From: Legionellaceae bacterium
GTDB taxonomy: Bacteria; Pseudomonadota; Gammaproteobacteria; Legionellales; Legionellaceae
Direction: 5' to 3'
Length of the DNA: 59,635 nucleotides
Assembly: GCA_947505025.1 (NCBI GenBank)
Contig: CANNIJ010000001.1
Location: 1-59,635 of the forward strand
Part shown: in pieces, positions 1 to 9,846 of the stretch
How the letters are laid out: each line of letters begins with the position of its first letter
How positions within the stretch are numbered: the first letter of the stretch is position 1
Position numbers and translations under genes: made by a program
The notes under the pieces: generated by a model
Database searches by the model: none
Told to the model about the DNA's origin: nothing
What the model saw: only the letters and a program-made list of their open reading frames with translations

Positions 1-1821
1 AGCGATGATCAAAGCCGAATGATCAAGCGAGTTATGGGGGCTTTAAACCTTGATCTGGAACAGTGGCCGGTTAAACAAGCTCAATCTTTTATCAACAAAC
101 ATAAAGATGACGGCACCCGCCCACAACACCTGCCAGTTACTACTTTTGGCACCCAAAAAACCTGGATCTCGGTTTATAGCGCTTATGAGCGCGCTTGCCA
201 AACAGCTGGTGTGGTTGATTTTGCTGAGATTTTGCTGCGAACACATGAAATGTTGCGTGAAAACAAAGAGTTGCTGGCGCATTATCAACAACGCTTTCAA
301 GCTATCTTAGTCGACGAATTTCAAGATACTAATACGGTGCAATATGCTTGGATCCGCCTGTTGGCTGGCACAAATGCATCGGTAATGGCGGTGGGTGATG
401 ATGATCAATCTATCTATGGCTGGCGCGGCGCTAAAATCCAAAATATTCAAAAATTTACCTCAGAATTTAATGCATGTACTGTTACACGCCTGGAACAAAA
501 TTACCGCTCTAGTGCCACCATCCTTGGAGCTGCAAATGCATTAATTGCACAAAATGAAACGCGTATGGGCAAGCAATTATGGACGGAAAGTCCTGCTGGT
601 GAGAAAATTGATATTTTCCGCGCATTCAATGAACTCGATGAAGCAAGATTTGTCAGCGACTTTATTCGCAAAGAACGTATTAATGCTCGTAGCATGTCAG
701 AGATCGCGATTCTTTATCGATCAAATGCGCAATCACGTGTTTTTGAAGATGCACTACTGCGCGAAAACATACCATACCAGATCCACGGTGGAGTACGTTT
801 CTTTGAAAGATCTGAAATCAAAGATACTCTGGCCTATTTACGCTTGACAGTGAACCCAAACGATGACACGGTGTTTGAACGTGTGGTTAATCGTCCGACT
901 CGAGGGATTGGTGACAAAACAATCCAGGCATTACGCATAATTGCGACTAATGAACAGTGCTCTTTATGGGATTCAGCGAAAAAAATTCTAAATTCCACAC
1001 AATTAACCACTAGAGCAGCCAAAGCTCTGCGTGATTTTATCAATTTAATCGAATCGGCAACTCATGAAATCAACTGCTTGCCTTTAGATGAACAGTTAAA
1101 CTACTTACTCGAAAACAGCGGTCTGTATGAATCAATGAAAGCATCTAAAACAGACCTAATGCAATCTAAAGTTGACAATGTCAATGAACTATTGAACGCA
1201 GCTAAAGAATTTCAGGATGCTCATAATCCACATGAAGATATGCCGGTACTGGTAGCATTTTTAACTCACGCCGCATTAGAGTCAGGGGATCAAAAACATG
1301 AGCAACTGGGTTCAGCCGTACATCTAATGACTTTACATGCGGCTAAAGGATTAGAGTTTCCGCTGGTATTTATGGTTGGCTTAGAAGAAGGAATTTTCCC
1401 CAGCAGACTGAGTGTCAATGAGCCCAACAAACTAGAAGAGGAACGCCGCCTGTGTTACGTCGGCATTACTCGTGCAATGGAACATCTTGTCATCTCCATG
1501 GCAGAAACCCGCCGACAATATGGTCGCGAAGAACAACACCTGCCATCACGTTTTTTACGTGAATTACCCGGTGCATTATTACACGAAGTACGTGCGCCAA
1601 TGCATAAAAAAACTAATGAATATAGGTTTGTGCACACTCCGCCGAGTGATTGTGGTTTTTATCTGGGACAAAATGTCAGACATCAAACTTTCGGTAGTGG
1701 AGTTGTGTTATCTATGAGTGGTCAGGGAGAACAAACCCGAGTACAAGTGGAATTTAATGAGCACGGCAGCAAATGGCTGAGCCTGGCATATGCAAAGTTA
1801 ACCGCAGATGTTGGTGTATAA
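1..1821 (+). CDS. uvrD: DNA helicase II UvrD (5'-truncated by window edge)
   Basis: The frame is open from nt 1 (SDDQSRMIKR...) to the stop at 1819-1821. SF1 helicase motifs are present: ILVDEFQDTN, GDDDQSIYGWRGA, QNYRS, TLHAAKGLEFP, YVGITRA. The C-terminus is UvrD-like (GSKWLSLAYAKL). Confidence 0.93.
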   Translation, partial: SDDQSRMIKRVMGALNLDLEQWPVKQAQSFINKHKDDGTRPQHLPVTTFGTQKTWISVYSAYERACQTAGVVDFAEILLRTHEMLRENKELLAHYQQRFQAILVDEFQDTNTVQYAWIRLLAGTNASVMAVGDDDQSIYGWRGAKIQNIQKFTSEFNACTVTRLEQNYRSSATILGAANALIAQNETRMGKQLWTESPAGEKIDIFRAFNELDEARFVSDFIRKERINARSMSEIAILYRSNAQSRVFEDALLRENIPYQIHGGVRFFERSEIKDTLAYLRLTVNPNDDTVFERVVNRPTRGIGDKTIQALRIIATNEQCSLWDSAKKILNSTQLTTRAAKALRDFINLIESATHEINCLPLDEQLNYLLENSGLYESMKASKTDLMQSKVDNVNELLNAAKEFQDAHNPHEDMPVLVAFLTHAALESGDQKHEQLGSAVHLMTLHAAKGLEFPLVFMVGLEEGIFPSRLSVNEPNKLEEERRLCYVGITRAMEHLVISMAETRRQYGREEQHLPSRFLRELPGALLHEVRAPMHKKTNEYRFVHTPPSDCGFYLGQNVRHQTFGSGVVLSMSGQGEQTRVQVEFNEHGSKWLSLAYAKLTADVGV

Positions 1822-1881
1822 GTCAGGCCCAACACGCCCTAGGGTGGATATCTTTATAATAAAGAAATGCGTTGCTGAAGA

Positions 1882-1907
1882 GTTAACAGTAGCGAGCTAC
1901 TGTTAAC
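1882..1907 (+). terminator. Perfect 11-bp stem / 4-nt loop hairpin downstream of uvrD
   Basis: Sequence gttaacagtag-cgag-ctactgttaac lies about 60 nt after the uvrD stop. No T-tract follows, so terminator function is uncertain. Confidence 0.3.
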
Positions 1908-2003
1908 AATGAATGGATGATAGATCAATTGTCAAAAGCCCACTATTATTTTTTATGAAAATGGGTAAAATACACATGAGTCACGACTATAAGGGAGAAC
2001 ATA

Positions 2004-2804
2004 GTGAGCAAAGCAAATATATTAAACATATTCAAGGCTGGCGCGTTAATCACAACTCTGGCATCAACTGCTGTTGTTGGCGCTAAAGTTCCATCTACCG
2101 CAGAATTTAACCCAGAACAAACAATTGCGATTGAACACATTGTTCATGAGTATTTACTAAACAAGCCAGAAATATTGAGTGAAGCTTTTGAGGTTTTACA
2201 AAAAAAACAACAACAAACCCAACAAGAACAAGTAAAAAACTCTATTGCACAGCACTCCAAAGATCTATTAACGGAACACTTGACTGTAGCCGGATCAGCT
2301 AAAGGTACAGTTACCATGATTGAGTTTTTTGATTATCAATGTGGTCATTGTAAAACCATGCATGGTGTGATTAGTAAGTTGATAGAACAAAATCCTAACG
2401 TGCGTGTGATCTACAAAGAATTTCCTATTTTCGGACAAACCTCTGAAGATGCATCACGTGTGGCAATCGCCGCTGCAATGCAAGGCAAATACTTGCAAGT
2501 GCATGAAGCTTTAATCAAATCAGAGAAACATTTAGATAAAAAATCAGCCATTGACATCGCTAAAAGCGCAGGCGTTAATTTACCTAAATTAATCTCTGAC
2601 ATGAATAGTAAGGTTGTGACCGAAGCTCTGACTTCAGTTAAAAAACAAGCAGAGCAGCTATCATTGCAAGGTACACCAGCATTTATTATTCTTACAACGA
2701 CACCCGAAGGAACATTGAGCGCTAATTCTAAAACAGCATTCATTCCTGGTGGAGCGCCTATAGCAACACTGCAATCGATGATCAACGCTGCTGAAGGGAA
2801 GTAA
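2004..2804 (+). CDS. Com1/DsbA2-like periplasmic thiol:disulfide oxidoreductase
   Basis: GTG start is preceded by the RBS aagggaga, and the N-terminus looks like a signal peptide. FFDYQCGHCK is a thioredoxin-fold CxxC motif. The overall sequence resembles Coxiella Com1 as I recall it (EFFDYQCGHCK, FKE-PIFG, LQGTPAF). Confidence 0.85.
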   Translation: MSKANILNIFKAGALITTLASTAVVGAKVPSTAEFNPEQTIAIEHIVHEYLLNKPEILSEAFEVLQKKQQQTQQEQVKNSIAQHSKDLLTEHLTVAGSAKGTVTMIEFFDYQCGHCKTMHGVISKLIEQNPNVRVIYKEFPIFGQTSEDASRVAIAAAMQGKYLQVHEALIKSEKHLDKKSAIDIAKSAGVNLPKLISDMNSKVVTEALTSVKKQAEQLSLQGTPAFIILTTTPEGTLSANSKTAFIPGGAPIATLQSMINAAEGK

Positions 2805-2810
2805 ACATCC

Positions 2811-3719
2811 ATGAAGCAGCCCAAAACATTGCAAGATATCATCTCAACGTTGCAAGCGTTCTGGGGCCAACAAGGCTGCCTGTTGCTACAACCACTAGAC
2901 ATGGAAGTTGGCGCAGGCACCTTTCATCCGGCAACTTTTTTACGCGCAATTGGACCTGAACCTTGGTCAGCTGCGTATGTTCAACCATCAAGGCGCCCAA
3001 CTGACGGACGTTACGGTGAAAATCCAAACCGTGTGCAACAATATTACCAATTCCAGGTGGTGCTTAAACCATCGCCAATTGATATTCAAGCTAAATATTT
3101 AGATTCATTACGCGCTTTGGGCGTAGACCCATTAATCGATGATATACGCTTTGTTGAAGACAACTGGGAATCACCTACTCTTGGGGCCTGGGGTTTAGGG
3201 TGGGAGGTCTGGCAAAATGGCATGGAAGTTTCTCAATTTACTTACTTTCAACAAGTTGGCGGTTTAGCCTGTAGGCCAGTGACTGGTGAGCTCACTTATG
3301 GCCTAGAACGTCTGGCCATGAACTTATTTGGTACATCATCTATTTTTGATATCCCCTGGGGATCCACGCCTGATGGCACTATAACATACGGAGATTTATT
3401 TCATCAAAATGAGGTTGAGTGTTCGGCCTATAATTTTGAGCATGCTAATATAGAGTTATTATTTCAGCAGTTTGATGCGTATACGAACGAAGCGGACAAA
3501 CTAATTGATTTAAAACTAGCATTACCCGCCTATGAATTGGTGCTAAAAGCCTCGCATATATTTAATTTACTTGATGCACGCAACGCCCTGTCAGTTACCG
3601 AAAGACAACGTTATCTATTGCGTGTACGGCAGCGTTCAAGTGCAATAGCAAGCCTTTATTATTCTGCTCGTCTGGATCTTGGGTTTCCGATGTGTACCAA
3701 AAAAAGTATGGTGTGTTGA
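2811..3719 (+). CDS. glyQ: Glycine--tRNA ligase alpha subunit
   Basis: A 302-aa product with typical GlyQ sequence ([36 protein letters not shown]). It is followed directly by glyS. Confidence 0.96.
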   Translation: MKQPKTLQDIISTLQAFWGQQGCLLLQPLDMEVGAGTFHPATFLRAIGPEPWSAAYVQPSRRPTDGRYGENPNRVQQYYQFQVVLKPSPIDIQAKYLDSLRALGVDPLIDDIRFVEDNWESPTLGAWGLGWEVWQNGMEVSQFTYFQQVGGLACRPVTGELTYGLERLAMNLFGTSSIFDIPWGSTPDGTITYGDLFHQNEVECSAYNFEHANIELLFQQFDAYTNEADKLIDLKLALPAYELVLKASHIFNLLDARNALSVTERQRYLLRVRQRSSAIASLYYSARLDLGFPMCTKKSMVC

Positions 3720-5776
3720 TGTTGAATGATTTGCTAGTTGAGCTGGGCGTTGAAGAGCTACCTTCTGCTGCGGTTAAAATTTTAAGTGTAGCTTTGGGCG
3801 CACAAGTAGAATCTGGTTTACAGCAAGCTAATCTTACATACGCTGCGGTGCGGTGCAGTGCAACACCCAGAAGATTGGCTGTAATGATTCGTGACGTATC
3901 CACACAACAACCCGCGCAACAAATTTCCCGTAAAGGACCCGCAGTTAAAGGAACCACTGATGAGTCTGCGACCACAGCCGCTGTCATAGGATTTGCGGCG
4001 TCCTGCGGTGTGTCTGTAGAACAATTAACCACCACTACAACCGACAAAGGAACCTGGTGGATGTACCAAGCATTAAAAGCCGGAGAGTTAACGATTAATC
4101 TCTTGCCAGACTTAATTACGCAAGCAGTGTCAAGCTTGCCGATTGCCAAAGCAATGCGTTGGGGCAGTGCAGATCAATCTTTTGTACGTCCGCTACATTG
4201 GGTCGTGTTACTTTTTGGACCTGATGTAGTTCCCGCAACTATTTTAGGTATTGCCGCGCAACGCTATACCTATGGGCATCGTTTTTATCATAATGAACCT
4301 ATATCCATTCCAAAACCAGATCAATACGAGGGACTGCTGCAGCAGGCACATGTAATTGCAAACTTCGAGCAAAGACGCAATCTAATAGCCCAACAAGTTC
4401 AGGATTTAGCAATCAAGTGCCAACAGAAAGCTATAATGCCTGATAATTTATTGGATGAAGTAACCTCTATAGTCGAGTGGCCACAAGCATTGCGTGCAAA
4501 TTTTAATCCTGAGTTGCTCAATGTACCTGATGAAGCTTTGATTGCTGCAATGCAAGTGCATCAAAAATGCTTTGCATTGCGCGATCTAAACGGTAATTTA
4601 GTGCCAGCATTTATTGCTGTCGCCAACATCGAAAGTCAAAAACCTGAACAAGTAATTTTAGGGAATGAACAAGTAATGCATGCCCGCCTGAGCGATGCAG
4701 CATTTTTCTACAACAAAGACAAGGCCACACCTTTAAGTCACAATAAACAATTGTTAGCCGGGGTGATCTTTCAAGAAAAGCTAGGTAGTCTCAGGGATAA
4801 AACATCCAGAATCAAAAAATTAATGCAGTTCTTAACTATACCTTTGCAACTAAATCCAAACGACGCTGAAAATGCCGCCGATTTAAGTAAATGTGATTTG
4901 GTCAGTGGTATGGTTGGCGAGTTTCCAGAGTTACAAGGTATCATGGGCAGTTATTATGCTTTGGATGAAGGCCAAGCGCCGGCTGTTGCGCAAGCGATTC
5001 GTGAACATGAGTTACCACGTTTTTCTTCTGATATTTTACCTGAATCAAAATTAGGCCTAGCATTGTCTTTGGCAGACCGAATTGATACTTTAGTCGGTAT
5101 CTTCGCTATAGGACAAAAGCCACGCGGAGTTAAAGATCCATTTAAATTACGTCGACATGCGCATGCAGTAGTTCGATTATTAATCGAACTACCCACCCAA
5201 TTAAGTCTTTGGGAATTAATCCTGCAAGCGGCCAGTGGCTATTCAGAACATATTGAAACAGATCTTAAAATACTCGAATCATTAAAAACTTTTATCCTTG
5301 AACGCCTGCCAGCATACTATCAAGCATCAGGTGTTGCTGCAGAAATAGTGATTGCGGCACGCGCTTACCAAGAAGATCTGTTGGCTGACATGGATCAACG
5401 TATCCATGCCTTAAGTATCTTTGCTGGTTCCAGCGCAGGGCAAAAACTCGCAGCAATTAGCAAGCGAGTTAATCATTTATTAAATAAGTCAGAGATCAAC
5501 CTGAGTAAAGATTTAAATATAGATCCTAAATTATTCAACGATCCAGCGGAACAAGAGCTGTTTCTCGCCGTGTCCGCTATACAGCAATTAAATAAACCCA
5601 AAGACTATACAGAAATGTTCGAAAATCTCTCGTCTTTATGCGAACCTACAGAAAAATTCTTTGAAAACGTTCTGATAAATGCTAGCGAACCACTGATAAA
5701 AAATAATCGATTATGTTTATTGTCCAGCGTACACACCCTGCTGAACAATGTTGCTGATCTATCTCATCTGCATTAG
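3719..5776 (+). CDS. glyS: Glycine--tRNA ligase beta subunit
   Basis: The ATG at 3719 overlaps the glyQ stop (TGATG) and gives [15 protein letters not shown], the canonical GlyS N-terminus. The ORF-track start at 3692 lies inside glyQ. Confidence 0.94.
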   Translation: MLNDLLVELGVEELPSAAVKILSVALGAQVESGLQQANLTYAAVRCSATPRRLAVMIRDVSTQQPAQQISRKGPAVKGTTDESATTAAVIGFAASCGVSVEQLTTTTTDKGTWWMYQALKAGELTINLLPDLITQAVSSLPIAKAMRWGSADQSFVRPLHWVVLLFGPDVVPATILGIAAQRYTYGHRFYHNEPISIPKPDQYEGLLQQAHVIANFEQRRNLIAQQVQDLAIKCQQKAIMPDNLLDEVTSIVEWPQALRANFNPELLNVPDEALIAAMQVHQKCFALRDLNGNLVPAFIAVANIESQKPEQVILGNEQVMHARLSDAAFFYNKDKATPLSHNKQLLAGVIFQEKLGSLRDKTSRIKKLMQFLTIPLQLNPNDAENAADLSKCDLVSGMVGEFPELQGIMGSYYALDEGQAPAVAQAIREHELPRFSSDILPESKLGLALSLADRIDTLVGIFAIGQKPRGVKDPFKLRRHAHAVVRLLIELPTQLSLWELILQAASGYSEHIETDLKILESLKTFILERLPAYYQASGVAAEIVIAARAYQEDLLADMDQRIHALSIFAGSSAGQKLAAISKRVNHLLNKSEINLSKDLNIDPKLFNDPAEQELFLAVSAIQQLNKPKDYTEMFENLSSLCEPTEKFFENVLINASEPLIKNNRLCLLSSVHTLLNNVADLSHLH

Positions 5777-5787
5777 GAGAATATATT

Positions 5788-6123
5788 ATGTCGTCTTGTG
5801 TTAAAACTATTAGCGTTGTAGAGTTCAAACAACTATGTGATTCAAAATCAGATGCTTGTCTAATTGACGTCAGAGAGCCCATGGAATGTCATCAACAACG
5901 CATCTCTGGGGTAACCAATATCCCCAAAGATCTTTTAATCGATCGCATTCAAACCATGGTCAGCGATCACCTGCGCCCGATTTATCTTCATTGTCGTGCA
6001 GGTGTAAGATCTTATGATGCCGCACTGAAGCTGATCCAGCATGGATATGAAAATGTTTATTCGGTAGATGGCGGGCTTAATGCCTGGATCCAAGCTGGAT
6101 ATGAGGTGGAAACATTGTCCTAA
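5788..6123 (+). CDS. Single-domain rhodanese sulfurtransferase
   Basis: A 111-aa product with the rhodanese active-site loop HCRAGVRS. Confidence 0.8.
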   Translation: MSSCVKTISVVEFKQLCDSKSDACLIDVREPMECHQQRISGVTNIPKDLLIDRIQTMVSDHLRPIYLHCRAGVRSYDAALKLIQHGYENVYSVDGGLNAWIQAGYEVETLS

Positions 6124-6193
6124 GTTCTTGCTTTATGCAATAAAGAGCAGGATAATCCATTTTAACATTTAGCCTGTTATCAAGAGAGAATCC

Positions 6194-6619
6194 ATGGAAC
6201 ACTTATCTGAGTTTATAGTTCATCATTGGCCGCTATGGGTTGCATTATTAATCATTTTGTTGGTTATTTTTGCGAACGAGTTCATCGAGAATAAAAAGAG
6301 CGCAGAGCAGGTATCTAGCTCTAATGCAGTAGACCTTATCAATCATGAAGGTGCAGTCGTTTTAGATTTGCGGCCATTAGAAACATATAGCACTGGGCAT
6401 ATAATTAATGCAATTCAAGCTAGTGAAGAAGATTTTAAGTTGCCTAAAATCATGAAATTGAAAAATAAATTAATCATTTTAGTCTGCGCACAAGGAGTCC
6501 AGTCACAATCCCTGGCCAAACGCCTGCGCGTACAGGGATTTTCTAATCCAAAGGTATTATCCGGCGGAATGGCATCTTGGATCAGCGGTGGATTGCCCGT
6601 GGTAAAGGGGCGAAAATAA
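6194..6619 (+). CDS. Membrane-anchored rhodanese-domain protein (YibN-like)
   Basis: It has an N-terminal TM helix (WPLWVALLIILLVIF) and a rhodanese fold with loop LVCAQGVQS. Its position upstream of grxC-secB-gpsA matches E. coli yibN. Confidence 0.8.
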   Translation: MEHLSEFIVHHWPLWVALLIILLVIFANEFIENKKSAEQVSSSNAVDLINHEGAVVLDLRPLETYSTGHIINAIQASEEDFKLPKIMKLKNKLIILVCAQGVQSQSLAKRLRVQGFSNPKVLSGGMASWISGGLPVVKGRK

Positions 6620-6876
6620 TGTCAAATGAAGTAATTATTTATACCAAACAACATTGTCCTTATTGTGTGCGTGCACTGGATCTTCTGGGATCTAAAAAAA
6701 TTCAATTTACAGAAATTAAAATTGACCTCGCTCCAGAAAAAAGAGAAGAAATGATTGAACGAAGCCAAAGAAAAACCGTGCCTCAAATTTTTATCAACGG
6801 CAAACCAGTCGGCGGGTGCGATGATCTGTTCGCTCTTAACGAGACTGGCGCGCTTAACCACTTACAAGGAGTATGA
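6619..6876 (+). CDS. grxC: Glutaredoxin 3
   Basis: The ATG at 6619 overlaps the upstream stop (TAATG). [19 protein letters not shown] carries the CPYC active site, and [18 protein letters not shown] is also present. Confidence 0.92.
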   Translation: MSNEVIIYTKQHCPYCVRALDLLGSKKIQFTEIKIDLAPEKREEMIERSQRKTVPQIFINGKPVGGCDDLFALNETGALNHLQGV

Positions 6877-6878
6877 TT

Positions 6879-7367
6879 ATGAGTGAAATTAACGATAATA
6901 AATTGCAGAACTCTGAAGAGAACAATGCGCAATTTATGATCCAACGTGTGTATATTAAAAGTTCATCATTTGAAACTAAAAATACACCGGCTATTTTTCA
7001 ACAAGCTTGGGAGCCTGAACTTTCATTAGATTTAAATACAGCGCATACAACCTTGGATAAAGGAGTATTTGAAGTTGTTTTAACTGTTACTGCGACCATT
7101 AAAAACAAAAATACCACTGCGTTCTTAGCTGAAGTACAACAAGCAGGTATTTTCAGCATTACTGGCCCTGAACCAGAACAACTAGATCATCTTCTGGGCA
7201 GCTTTTGTCCAAACATATTATTCCCTTATGCCAGAGAAGCCATCACTAGTGAAGTTGCGCGAGCTAGCTTTCCACAATTAGTCTTGGCTCCAATTAATTT
7301 TGATGCGTTATATTTTCAGCAGCAGGAAAAAAATGCACAAATAAATTTAGACAAGACCACAAACTGA
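6879..7367 (+). CDS. secB: Protein-export chaperone SecB
   Basis: The SD aggag at 6866-6870 favours the second ATG (6879). The sequence is SecB-like ([27 protein letters not shown]). Confidence 0.93.
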   Translation: MSEINDNKLQNSEENNAQFMIQRVYIKSSSFETKNTPAIFQQAWEPELSLDLNTAHTTLDKGVFEVVLTVTATIKNKNTTAFLAEVQQAGIFSITGPEPEQLDHLLGSFCPNILFPYAREAITSEVARASFPQLVLAPINFDALYFQQQEKNAQINLDKTTN

Positions 7368-8347
7368 TGCACTCGTTGACTCCAGTTGCTGTATTAGGTG
7401 CGGGCTCATGGGGAACAGCCATGGCCCTGCACATTGCTCGCAGCGGTCAACATGTGGTTTTATGGAGCAACGAGCCGCCACACATTAATGAGATGCTACA
7501 TGACCGCAGTAATGAGCGTTATTTGCCTGGCATTAAATTTCCACCGTCTCTAACAGTAAGTGTAGATCTTCAGCAAGTAATTAAAAAAGCTAAAACTCTA
7601 TTAATCGCAGTGCCCAGTCATGCTTTTTCTAGTGTTTTAGAACAACTACCCAGACCAGAACATGGCATTGCCTGGCTAACTAAAGGCCTGGATCCAAGTA
7701 CACATCATCTTTTGAGTCAGGTAGTACAAGATCGTTGGGGCATGGATCTACCAATAGCTATGATTTCAGGGCCATCTTTTGCCAAGGAAGTAGCTTTAAA
7801 TATGCCTACAGCCCTAGTAATTGCCAGCCAACACCTGGAATTTGCACAACAACTTAAAAGTGTGATCCACCACGAGTCTCTGCGTGTTTATCTTTCCAAT
7901 GATTTAATTGGCGTGCAATGGTCTGGTGCGCTCAAAAACGTCCTAGCCATTGCATGTGGGATAAGTGATGGCTTGGGTTTTGGCGCCAATGCACAAGCTG
8001 CATTGATCACCCGTGGTTTAGCCGAAATGCGTAGATTTGGCTGTCGTTTGGGGGCTCAATCAGAAACTTTTCGCGGACTGGCTGGACTTGGTGATTTAGT
8101 ACTGACCTGTACTGACAATCAATCACGCAATCGTAGATTTGGACTATTGGTTGGCCAAGGAAATAACATCGCCACCGCTGAAAAAAGCATTGGTCAAGTA
8201 GTTGAAGGCAAACATAATGCTGTATTAGTTTGTCATCTGGCTGAAAAAAACCACATCGACCTGCCTATATGTCAGGCAGTCAACGCAATCTTACATGGCA
8301 CACTAACCGCCAAAGATGCCTTTTTCAAATTAATGCAGCGTCCTTAA
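7367..8347 (+). CDS. gpsA: NAD(P)H-dependent glycerol-3-phosphate dehydrogenase
   Basis: It has the GAGSWGTA dinucleotide-binding motif and the GpsA motifs GPSFAKEV and NVLAIACGISDGLGFG. The start overlaps the secB stop. Confidence 0.95.
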   Translation: MHSLTPVAVLGAGSWGTAMALHIARSGQHVVLWSNEPPHINEMLHDRSNERYLPGIKFPPSLTVSVDLQQVIKKAKTLLIAVPSHAFSSVLEQLPRPEHGIAWLTKGLDPSTHHLLSQVVQDRWGMDLPIAMISGPSFAKEVALNMPTALVIASQHLEFAQQLKSVIHHESLRVYLSNDLIGVQWSGALKNVLAIACGISDGLGFGANAQAALITRGLAEMRRFGCRLGAQSETFRGLAGLGDLVLTCTDNQSRNRRFGLLVGQGNNIATAEKSIGQVVEGKHNAVLVCHLAEKNHIDLPICQAVNAILHGTLTAKDAFFKLMQRP

Positions 8348-8356
8348 TATAGCAGC

Positions 8357-9712
8357 TTAAGTTGAAAGTTCATGAGGTAGATTTCTGCGTGCAGCGCGGT
8401 AGTATTCTAACGGTGAGTGGGAAAAAAGATCCGCCAGTCTTGCCATATAGATACACGCATAACGCTCTACTTGATAAGTAAAGAATGTTTCTTCTGCACC
8501 TGCACGAAAAACACTACCCCAATATTGATTATAATAAGTATTTTTTTCTTTCAATAATTTAATTATTGTTCGATCTAATTCGAACAAATTATGTCTTAAA
8601 TGATCTAAATCACAGGATTCTTGTAGTAATTGTTGTTCTAAACTTTCTTTCTTTTCCATGGCTTCGGTAATCAACATTTCAATCGAACTTGTCCTATCTT
8701 GAATTATCAGCTCCGGGCCAAGCTCTTCAACCACTAAAGCCGTACGCCAATTACATGCTTTTTTTAGCCGTAAAATATCACCGTAAATATGATCACCAAT
8801 ATATAAAATCTCATCGCCATATAAATCTAGATTTTTGGTGAATTGTGTAGCATTACCAGCCTGATAAATTCCAGGTTTAATTGGACCACGTATATTACTC
8901 AAAGTATAATCTTTAGAATTAATTTTTAGAAAACTCAAGTTGTCGTAAAAGAATCTGGGTTTATTCGACGATGTAATCACATATTCAAATAAAGATGCCC
9001 AACACTCCCCTGCTGATAAATAAGGATTGATCGCATAATCTAACAAGATTTTCGTATATTCATGGTCTGAATTAGTGATAATAAAAATCTTTTTACCTTG
9101 CTGGCGATATTTTTGCAGATTCATGACCAGATCTGGATCTTGATGGACAAAATCGGCCAAATTTTCACTGATATATTTTTTTAAATGCCCGGCAGCATGC
9201 ACTCTATCAACTGCATTTAATACGTCATGCGCCATAACATAAAAATTAGGCATGACTGCAATTTCACGATCTTTCAAGTCGACCAGCTGTCCATATAGCA
9301 CGCAAAAGGCTATAGAGAAAGAGGTGTCGATTGCAATATAATTAGTATCGTTAAGATCAATATATGTGCTTTGATAAATATTTTTTTGTTCTTTAATGTC
9401 TAATTCTCTTATTCCATGCTGACTCCTTCTAATAGCACCGTATCGATTAAGTTTTAGGATATTGCCGCGTTTGCAATCAACCACCAAACCACGAATTGCG
9501 CGCAGCATGTCAAATATAAGTGTACGTAATACTTCTGGATACCCTTGATGAATAATCAATTCATCAATCACATACTGATAAACTAATGTTTCAAAATTTT
9601 GCGTATTATATCGGATCAGAGTGTGATCCATGTCCAAGCCAATATACTTGATTTTCTTCATGTTCAATGTGCGGTTTACAAACACATTATCGATCATGAT
9701 ATAACACTCCAT
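8357..9712 (-). CDS. cN-II-type cytosolic purine 5'-nucleotidase (HAD superfamily)
   Basis: VFVNRTLNMKKIKYIGLDMDHTLIRY closely resembles the eukaryotic cN-II N-terminus with the DxDxT HAD motif. An alternative start lies at 9697. Confidence 0.85.
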   Translation of the reverse strand: MECYIMIDNVFVNRTLNMKKIKYIGLDMDHTLIRYNTQNFETLVYQYVIDELIIHQGYPEVLRTLIFDMLRAIRGLVVDCKRGNILKLNRYGAIRRSQHGIRELDIKEQKNIYQSTYIDLNDTNYIAIDTSFSIAFCVLYGQLVDLKDREIAVMPNFYVMAHDVLNAVDRVHAAGHLKKYISENLADFVHQDPDLVMNLQKYRQQGKKIFIITNSDHEYTKILLDYAINPYLSAGECWASLFEYVITSSNKPRFFYDNLSFLKINSKDYTLSNIRGPIKPGIYQAGNATQFTKNLDLYGDEILYIGDHIYGDILRLKKACNWRTALVVEELGPELIIQDRTSSIEMLITEAMEKKESLEQQLLQESCDLDHLRHNLFELDRTIIKLLKEKNTYYNQYWGSVFRAGAEETFFTYQVERYACIYMARLADLFSHSPLEYYRAARRNLPHELST

Positions 9713-9846
9713 TAAGCCAACTTATCCATAAGATGAAATCTTATATGTAAAATACATATAATACTAGAGAGTATTCACCCGCGGCTATTGCTCGCATGAA
9801 TCAGAAAGGTTATCCTTATCAACCGCCATTTTTTAATTATTAAACC

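Noticed and set aside
2411-2920. A 169-aa minus-strand ORF antisense to the Com1-like gene and the glyQ start.
   Set aside because: It lies entirely within two well-supported plus-strand genes. It has no motif and a Cys/Ser-rich composition typical of antisense frames.
3595-4149. A 184-aa minus-strand ORF antisense to glyQ/glyS.
   Set aside because: It overlaps highly conserved aminoacyl-tRNA synthetase coding sequence and has no recognisable features.
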